Shown here: positions 50,301-58,100 of the stretch, one piece after another
How positions within the stretch are numbered: position 1 is the stretch's first letter
Layout of the letters: every line of letters starts with the position of its first letter
Source: a virus
IMG/VR virus record: IMGVR_UViG_3300042351_000809
DNA length: 64,000 nucleotides
Direction: 5' to 3' (one strand)
Program-made: the position numbers and the translations under genes
Notes under the pieces: generated by a model
The model's database searches: none
What the model was told of the DNA's origin: nothing
The model's input: only the letters and a program-made list of their open reading frames with translations

Positions 50301-52133
50301 TTCACTACGAATAATTGCAGCAGCGGGTTTATTCCAAGTTAAAGAAGGAGGATATAAAACAGTATCTAAGACATGAAGCCTTCCGCTTGGATCATTAGTA
50401 TTTATTCCTAATCTTGCTTGGTCAGTTAAAATCATTAATGTCGCAGAATCAGCAGCATTTTGCCAAAATATTGATCCACTAACATTAGTATTATAGAAAA
50501 AAGTATTGGCTGAAGCGGTTGCAAACCAAGGCTTGAGGACTCCACCGGGAGTTCTAGTATAAGCACCATAAGAGTTATTTATACCAGCAATTATTGCACC
50601 ATTTACATCTAATTTTTGAGAAGGAGTCGTTACTCCCATTCCAATATTACCATTGCTAATAATAGACATAGCAACTGTGCTATTATTAACAAGAAAATGC
50701 ATAGGATCTGATGTGACCTGTCTAACATAAGCACCAGAACCAGCAAGAGAAGAACCTTCGTAATATCCTAAAAGCAAACCATAACCACCATTTCTATTCG
50801 CAGCAAACCATTTTTCTGTTCCCGGTCCAGTTGAACTTATTTGTATAGGTACATTACCATCAGACAATGATCCATTGCCTACAGAAAGGAGAGCTAATGG
50901 ATTCGTTGTCCCTATTCCAATTTTACCATCATATTGAAAGTATGCAATTGTAGCTGCATCAGAAGAATTTTTTATTGATAAAGCAGACAAAGTGGCATCA
51001 TGCATTCCAAAACTCATGTTATATGATGAACCTCTATTGAATCTAATTCTAGATGCAGAGCTATATAAATCCAATAGTGCAGCAGGATTTGTTGTTCCTA
51101 TTCCTATATTTCCATCAGAACCAATTACCATTTGCGGTGAAGCTTCAGGAGTTCCACCGCCATCAACTTTAGTATAAAAATATAATTTACCACCAGCAAT
51201 TGTGCCATTAGTTCCACCTTGAATAGCCTTAATAGCAGCTATTTGTAAATGTGCATCTGTTTGTCCTCTTGCTCTTGTAAAATAAATGCCACCTACTCCA
51301 GAGCCGTCTCCTGAATTATTTGAGATTAGATTTATATCTGCTTCATTTGTTTCAGAATATAAGTCTAAAAATTTAGCACTAGGATTTGGTCTAAAATAAG
51401 TAGCATTGCTATTTATTAAAGATCCCGGATTACTTATTCCAATGCCAAGATCACCAGCAGCATCAATTCTGACTAACTCTGTATTGAATCGTGTAAATAT
51501 ATGTGCAGCAGAAGCTGCGGCAGTATTACCTGCATCTACCCTGTAAGTCATTACAGAGTTATTGTTTGATATACTATTAGTATATAATGCGTCATCTATA
51601 ATTGTTATCGTAGTCGCGGCAGATCCAGAGACGAGCATGGAACCAGAGACATGCAGTTTAGATGCGGGATTTGTTACTCCTAGACCCACATCACCAGCAG
51701 CAGTTATACGCGCAACTTCAACAGGACTTGTAGCATTAGTTAAAAACCTAATTCCATCGCGTGATTGAGAAGCTATTTCTAAACCCAAATAAGCTGTGGC
51801 ACTCGTCCTCGCAAGACGTATGTAAGCGGAAGCATTAGCAGTGCTATTATTTAATTGAAAATTATAACCGCAATAACCCACATTTGAAGTCGCATCTCCA
51901 GATACGTTGTATCCAAAAGCATTTGTATTTGTGCTAATCGTCCCTAAATTTAAATCAAATGGATAATTTGGACCAGTAGTCCCTACGCCAAAATAACCCG
52001 CAGGAGTAATGTAAAGTCTATTAGCATTATTTGTCTTCAATGACATTGCTTGGCTATCAGATGTCCTGATAACTAGCGTTCCTGCTGTTGAATTTACATC
52101 GTTTGACGCTGGTGTAATTACGATATCGCCCAT
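44313..52133 (-). CDS. Giant mosaic trimeric fibre protein A (2606 aa)
   Basis: Dozens of GN(V/I)GIGTxxP...L(D/H)V repeats separated by variable modules; no recognisable C-terminal chaperone. Confidence 0.85.
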   Translation of the reverse strand: MGDIVITPASNDVNSTAGTLVIRTSDSQAMSLKTNNANRLYITPAGYFGVGTTGPNYPFDLNLGTISTNTNAFGYNVSGDATSNVGYCGYNFQLNNSTANASAYIRLARTSATAYLGLEIASQSRDGIRFLTNATSPVEVARITAAGDVGLGVTNPASKLHVSGSMLVSGSAATTITIIDDALYTNSISNNNSVMTYRVDAGNTAAASAAHIFTRFNTELVRIDAAGDLGIGISNPGSLINSNATYFRPNPSAKFLDLYSETNEADINLISNNSGDGSGVGGIYFTRARGQTDAHLQIAAIKAIQGGTNGTIAGGKLYFYTKVDGGGTPEASPQMVIGSDGNIGIGTTNPAALLDLYSSASRIRFNRGSSYNMSFGMHDATLSALSIKNSSDAATIAYFQYDGKIGIGTTNPLALLSVGNGSLSDGNVPIQISSTGPGTEKWFAANRNGGYGLLLGYYEGSSLAGSGAYVRQVTSDPMHFLVNNSTVAMSIISNGNIGMGVTTPSQKLDVNGAIIAGINNSYGAYTRTPGGVLKPWFATASANTFFYNTNVSGSIFWQNAADSATLMILTDQARLGINTNDPSGRLHVLDTVLYPPSLTWNKPAAAIIRSENGQIAFGSDDTSPYGIWQQVRTLSSTARPLLLNPLGGNIGIGIRNPSDRLHVAGSIRISGGEIIRWDGQGFIDTIGNNDLFFRPNQTFKMILTAAGRLGVGLLSPDSLIGVGGAGSTTAASGITFGADPQANLYRAAEDTIKTDGSLNVAGLIYNSNSAYYSSLSKSTNANWGQYTVVLGNASYSSQLIQVSVNGGNLVWAGTFLASCHLSYRPNETWINVKLLECATYNCSNDDVTLLALSNSSTSQYGTPSLVLKTNGAINGGYGTGYANNIVVTVNGPSPNEFVLSSSSWSQPYTYQIATSANTKQIYTNENGNVGIGTTGPVVKLEVAGALRVTGVGQIGPANGYGFALFNGGTNTFAGQLYGRANGIQFTDNIGGNTVYIASGGNVGIGLTNPSYKLEIAAGTSNAVVAKLTQGNERVRYNGFDLLGYNDGNLWMMGNNATSTILISKDWDWDSQVGIAYTPGTVGVAGGSLEIGQLTKNNASFTHGNTRFYTSGVERLRINNIGNVGIGTNNPGATLQVYGGATANNNKSLMAGDAANSLSYVPYTTAGGWNNASVLGGSALFNSLGSTWLVGTHNGPAMRIGTNNISFTNPIGGIDLYVGSGANIGISNTAPKFALHVNGDVTIPNARYLNFNPGELQGNSMTRALVVSYSDNTATTQPKQLGIILHNDSNTNDTFSPALVFGSKSNSSNYSQATAVIAGRRRSQVVDANWHGGELWFWTATSNNVAGIDVGIPTASPAMVINSTRNVGIGTSNPGDKLQVNLNSGENILANIASNGVSAANKVSFRLSELGTALGEFSTVRDGTNYQVKLQTILGQPLSLGTSGVTRMVIDAVGYVGVGITNPTARLQIVQSNAAGVAAILLSQDESTIQGPSANTQIRMGGNLVLNAANVMPIGTNGAERIRITAAGLVGIGTNTPTTLLSVGNAGSTTAASGLTFGGDASANLYRDSSASIRTDGGFLAAGRIRSLDYIQFNSNLYSNAFTNPIDINVGNVAGNAWLSAIRFNQGGYVGIGTNVPSGKLHVVSSVAGETVLRADGTNGILFSVVDDLSDSLMSVNNSAGLPVLEVFADDRIVMGQYGANDFVLANNKIGLGTNNPEYELDIVGAGTNAAVNIITRMRSTAGSNVFNTASVLAFTNTTTNSNAYSYIGGRIDLGGAGDNCQSLVFATNATNTLPTEKMRITSAGNVGIGSTDPQYKLDVYGTNQDAVRFYNNQTAFGLILGSTNNTLFTNIVWTTSNGNAQFFKNRSSTSWGGADSMNLYSSNGGFAFHANGVANRFNITTAGDVGIGASTPSQKLDVRGFVVSDVNSNSVEGGFFLGNQSHGIRRAAGTNDVRLHTNGGDVILGAAGSGSQQVTLKNGGNFGINISTPTSKLHVVETTPTGSRIQLDTASANAYMNAGRVNDFLILTAPFNAVPASNSNNNAKWGIKLNGSIDSPNTNSKTAAIYAVSEEDVAGGAGYNRKVGIALHTSAFDLEHTERVRIDNLGNVGIGITNPAYRLVVSGGDMSIASANILRFGAVSVLNTSSNANDIYANIRVIRNESTVNTDGMYVNYNSNGATAAHLRFYASGSTERMRIDASNGNVGIATTSPFEKLDVRGGILRTNTRVDNTELYPVGHYAAGETVFEIDPTWSQVELQRYFNNSNVTWEAVADAPGGYCIYINGSVDVGGPYGSGFPYIPVDTNDVFYMECWIQNVGTAQGHYMGSQDLDQNFGNLGGNPGSYGYWVMSNYNPGTSWIKVTGYIGGFSNTIGQFKAGTKYWTPLALFNYTAGTGTRACRISGWKVIKVYQPGNRFFAGTVGIGLSNSATILGVGGAGSTSAASGITFGADSAANIYRSSTSQLKTDGSFVVTNTLTVGGADLGARVLKNGSDSISSTLYLANAANSRAYNFQPNAAGTNLALWAYNSSNAWINTVNFNYDGNVGIGASPVAARLHIKGDGLNPVLRVESAMLAGAAGGTAGKTFVGWMPIQTGALSPADTVYIPLFK

Positions 52134-52137
52134 ATTT

Positions 52138-55100
52138 TTATTCCATATCCCTTTCGATTACAAGTTTAGAAACATCCTTACGTTCTGCAAAAATTGTATA
52201 GTAATAATTATATATATTATCATCACTATCTGTATAAATGTACACTTTGTTGTGCCCTATTTGATCTACACTATAGTTTCTTATTTTCCCGTCTTTACGC
52301 TTTCCTACTGCTGTTAAATTAACAGTAATAGAATCATCATGAACCAAACCTGACCAATAATGAGGTAGATCTATTTCATTGTTATTGTTTTGACCTCTGT
52401 AATAAACGCCATTTTCTGGACCTTCTAGAGAGGCATAGGTTAGTCTCTTGCCAGAAACCGTTGGGTGAACTATATCGAAGCTCTTTGTTGTAGCAGCGAA
52501 GCTGCCATTAACTTGTAATTTATAAGAAGTACTTGTAATGCCTATTCCAATTGTTCCATTGGAGGCTATTCTCATTGCTTCTGTGTTTCCGACTCCAACC
52601 CCAAAAGCCATTCCATAAAGCGAGCCGCTTGGGTTAAATTCAATGTAAGCTTGATTTGTTACATCTGTACGCTTTTGAATCTTCGTGCTGGCAGTTGTCC
52701 AGTCTCCTCCTGTTGCAAAACGTGTTTCTACAAAATTAATTTGTGAAACGTTTCCATTATTGACAGCATAAGTAAATCCAGTAATAGTAGATCCAGCAGG
52801 AATGCCGGGTAATAATCCTGCATTTATATTTAAGGTAGTAACAGTAACAGTATTAGTACTGAAATTACCATTGACTACTAAACTGCCATCTGTCTTTAAT
52901 GTGTCTGTTGCGCTTCTATAAAGATTAGCTTCACTATCTCCGCCAAATCTTATTCCTTCTGTATTTGATGTAGCCCCTGCTGAACTTACATCTAACAGTC
53001 CAGAAATATAAGCGGTTCCAATTACTACTAATTTTTTATCAGGATTAGTCGTACCTATACCGACATTTCCATTTGCTGCGATGTAGAGACTTTCATTAGA
53101 AGTGTTTGTTCTAAGATACATGGCAGCGTTTGCTGCTAGTATTAGATTTCCATTACTAGTTGATTTTGTTAATATTGAAAATGAACCACCCGTTCTACCG
53201 CCAACTATTTGAGCAGATCCAATCGTACCAATTTGGACCTCATCTCCATTAGAGCCAGTAACATGAAGTTTAGCAGAAGGATTAGTTAATCCAATTCCTA
53301 CATTTCCATTTGGGAAAACTGCTCTATTATTTGCTCCGCCTCCATCAGCATAAATTCCAAAAAACTCTGTAGCACTTGCACTATTATTAGCTACTGCAAT
53401 TGTAAATGGATGAGTCGCATCATATATAGAAGAAATGTTTGCGAAGTAAGCTCCGGGACCACTTGCAGTTTGGAGCCTTAATTGAGTTCCATTTGAATGG
53501 ATTGTTAAAACTCCAGTTGGAGCGATAGTGCCAATACCAACATTACCATCATTAGCTATTCTTACTTTTTCAGATGATGCAATTGAAAATGTAATCGCTG
53601 GAGATACTGCCCCTGCATAATCTGTATTTAATCCTACAGTATTACTGCTTTCATTAGCATATATAGCTAATGCTGGATTAATTGTAGCTCCAATTCTTCT
53701 AAAATATCCAATAGTACCATCAGATGTTTTTTGTACATCTAATTTATAACTTGGAGCCGTTGTTCCAATACCAACATTACCACCATTTGGATTTAATAGT
53801 AATGGATAACCTAAAGATAAATCTACACGACTTGTAGATTGTAACCAATTTCCATTTCCGCCGTTGCCGCCAATATCTAATACTAAATTGGAATCACTAT
53901 TTCTTAGTCTTAAGTTGACTCCTGTTGCAGTTGTACCTGCTGCGATTGGGAAGCTTCCAATTGGTCCTACAACGTCTAGTGCAACGACTGGTGAAGTAGT
54001 TCCAATTCCTATACCATTAGAGTTTAATGAAATAGTTCCTTTAGTTACAAATCCATAAGTAAGGTCTAATCTATTACCAGCATAATAAATTAATCTAGCA
54101 TTAGAATCTCCTCCAACAGAATTTGTAAAGTCAATATAAGCTCCATTTGCTCCTAGTAATTGTAATTGAGCATAAGCGTCTGCGTAATTAAAGCCCATTG
54201 AACCTACTTTATTTAATCCATATCTGCTTCCAGAAGAAGAATTATCTGAAACTACAAAAGGCCAGTTAGTATCAGAAGTTGAAGCATTTATTCCTAGTGA
54301 ACCATTTACATCTAGTTTAAATGAAGGATTAGTGTTGCCAATTCCAACTTTATTATTAACAAGAACAAAATCGCCGCTTCCATATTGCCCTGCGACAACT
54401 CTATCGTCAGCGAATACTTCAAAAACTGGAAGACCAGCAGAATTATTAACCGACATCAAAGAGTCACTTAAATCATCAGTGACTGAGAAAAGAGTACCAT
54501 TAGTTCCATCTGCTCTTAAAACGGTTTCTCCAGCGACAGAAGAAACTACATGAAGCTTTCCGGTTGGTTGTGTTGTACCTATTCCTACATAAGAGCCTCT
54601 TCCAATGTACAGAGCGGTTTCCCAAGCATTTTGAGCTACATTCCCAACAAATACACTCAAAGTTCCATAAGGTGCCCCTCCATAAATTTCACCAAGAGCA
54701 GTTTGTAAATACGAAGCAGCATATATATAAGAAGAAGACGACAAAGAAGCAGCAGTAAAAGCGGCATCTGTTTTAAGAAGATCTTCAGAAGCGCGATATA
54801 AATTTACTTGAGCATCGCCTCCAAAAGTTAACCCACTTGCTGCTGATGTTGAACCGACACCACCAACTGATAAAAGAGTTGTTGGAATATTCGTACCTAT
54901 TCCTAATTTACCATCAGATGTAATTCTTACTCTTTCTGTTTGTTGAGTATGAAATGTTGTATGATTCCAACTGCTTAAAATCATTCCGTCAATTACAGAA
55001 TCATATTTTAGATACTGAGAAGAAATATCATTAGCCCAACTAATAGCAGATCCACTTCCAGCAGCCATATAAATACTGCCGCTGACATTTAATTTTAATG

Positions 55101-58100
55101 GAGTAACATTTGTACCAATTCCAACATTTCCGTCAGCCTGAATTCTGACTCTTTCGTTAGCGGTAGAAACAGATTCAGTACCAGCAGTGTTATTTGTATA
55201 AAATGTTAAAGCTCCTCTTCCGTAGTTATTAGTTCTTACAAAACCAACTGAACCTTTGACTCCATATACAGTAGATTCTCCTGCTGCAAAACCGATGCCT
55301 ACTATGTCGCCTTGATTAGGCGTACCCATATTAGTTAATTGAAGTTGATTAAATATTTGAGAAGTGCCATTTCCAGAATATATATGTAATGCAGATACAG
55401 GATTCGTAGTTCCTATGCCAACATTACCATTGGAAGAAATGCGGAAGCGTTCTGAACCATTTGTTATTAATCCAAGATAATTTGAACCAGCACTTAAAGT
55501 AGTAACGCTGCCTAATAACGCTAGAACAGATGTCGTGCTGTATGCCAAATACGTTCCATTTGCTTGATTTAATCTTAAATAAGGCGCAGTAGTGTCTCCA
55601 TAAATATATCCACCATCTGTTAGCTTTATGTTTCCACTAACTTCTAATTTTTGTGCGGGATTTGTTGTTCCTATACCAACATTGCCATCGTAATTTATTC
55701 TTACAGCTTCTTGTAATTCCGGCGTTCTACTTTGTTTGGCAGTGTAAAATCCCAAACCAGCATAGGCTCCATTAGAAAATTCTGATATACTTGCTATTTT
55801 ACCAGCTACAATACCGCTAATAGAAAGATCTCTTTGTGCAAATTCCAATGCAGAATTAATTTCTCCAACAGCAAGAACATTTACTTTTCCGCCATTTATA
55901 CGAATAGTACCCGCTGTTTCGGATGCGCCCAAAACTTCAAAATTTACAGCAGGATTTGTAGTGCCTATTCCGACACCTGTGCCGTTGTCATAAATACTAC
56001 CTGTAACCAATTGTTTAGTGCCGCTCCAGCGAGGGACGTAGTTGGATACTCCGACTCCAGAAAGGAAAGTGTTACCTGCGTAACCGCTCAGAGAGTTAAT
56101 CTTCGTATCAAGGACCGAACCAGTTGCAGCTAGGTTAAGGATCGTCGCAAAGTTCGCGTTGGAATAACCGCTCAGAGAGTTGATCTTAGAATCAAGGGTT
56201 GAACCTGTGGTAGCGAGATTTCCGCTTAAAGAAGTAATAGTTGGAGAAATAATTCCAACAGAAGCAATTAAATGACCAGTAGAAGAAGTAGAGACAGGAA
56301 TAACAGAGCTATAGTTTTGATTTCCTAAAGATCTAATTTTATTTACTCTTAATGCACCAGCAGAGATAGCTTGATTTGCTACAAAAGAAAATCTAAAATA
56401 TCTTGAAATACCACCCGCCTGAATTGAATTAGCAACACTTAAAGCAATTGTTCCCCTTGTATTATTAGTAGGGAAATTTTGTTCTGTTATGCAATTGGTC
56501 CAATTTACTAAGTCATTACTATTTTCAACATTTAATTTGAATCCCCACCAGTTTTGACTCCAATCAGTATTTAAAAGTATAAAATTTGGTCTTCTGTAAT
56601 AATCTGCTAAATCTACAACGAACCTTTTTCCAGAAATTCCAACAGAATATTCTGAAGAAGTTACTACATCTAAATAAGATGTCGCATTACCATCCAATAA
56701 ATTACGATATGACAAAGGTGCTGGATCTGCATACCAGTTATCACCAGAAAAATACTGACCGCTAAGAGTAGTTTTAAATCTTAATGGATCATTGACACCA
56801 ATAGCATTAGATAGTGCATCTATTAATTCTAAATTGGATTGTGGAGCAAAAGCTGTGTTTGCGGTATACCCTAAATAAGCACTACCCGTATTCGAAGGAT
56901 AAGCTAAATCTTCACCAACAATTATATAATCAGAAAATCTAGCGTTTCCACCGGAAACATCTAGCTTAACTGCGGGATTTGATAATCCTATTCCAACATT
57001 TCCATTACTTTTTAATATAAAATTAGAAGTAGTATTTCTATAAAATTCTACAACATCGTTTGAACCATCATCTTGTTGAACATAAAATGCAGTACCAGCA
57101 GTATTATTTTGAACTCTAGCTCTACCTCTTACGTCTAAAGCAGTAAGTGGGCCAGTTGTGCCTATACCAACATTACCAGCAAAAGTTCCATTTGAAGTGA
57201 CTACTAAAGAACCATCTGTTTTAATTGTGTCTTCAGCGGATCTATATAAATTTGCCTGAGCGTCTCCTCCAAAAGTTAATCCGCTTGCTGCTGAAGTTGA
57301 TCCAAGTCCACCAAGAGAAAGAAGTGTTTGTGGATTTATAGTTCCAATTCCAACTTTGCCATCAGCCTTAAATACAGATATACCACTAGCACCAGCAGAA
57401 AGAACAATAGAATTAGGATTAGCTGAAAGTAAAATCAAATCATCAGAAAGACCTCCGGTGACAGCAGATGCCAACCCGATGCTGGCTTCTGGAGTTTGTG
57501 CTTTATAAAATTCAATTTGAGAACCAGCATTATTTCCTGTACTCCCTACTAATCTGACTGTAGCAATGCTTGATACTGTACCGCTATTTATTATATGTAA
57601 TTTTACGGTAGGATTAGTTGTTCCTATTCCAACATTTCCACCATTTGCTACAGTAACAGCATTAGCGTTAGTGGTTCTATTGAAAATAGCAAATCCATTT
57701 GTGCCATCTGCACCAGCGGACCATAAATTACTTGTACTGCTTTGGAAATCCATCCAAGTACCAGCAGTTGATCCAGAAATAAATACCAATTGGTTGTCGC
57801 TTGAAGTGATATGAAGTTTTCTAAGTGGATTAGTTGTGCCGATACCAACATTACCATTTGTATCTATTGTTAAACGTTGCGTATTTGATGTATAAAAATA
57901 AAGATTATCAGCGGAATAACTTATTATACCGGCACTATTAGTGCTATTTGAAAATTTTATAGCAGCAAAAGCAGCAGAAGATGCAATATGTAATTTTTGT
58001 TCTGGAGCAGTTGTTCCTATACCAATATTACCATTATGGTAAATACGCATTCTTTCAGCATAAGTTTGGTCATTGAGTTGATTTGTATAAAATGCTAAAC

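Noticed and set aside
47040-54570. Diversity-generating retroelement template/variable repeat pair in the fibres
   Set aside because: Differences are mostly synonymous third-position changes, not adenine-specific; both copies are inside ORFs; no reverse transcriptase in the window.
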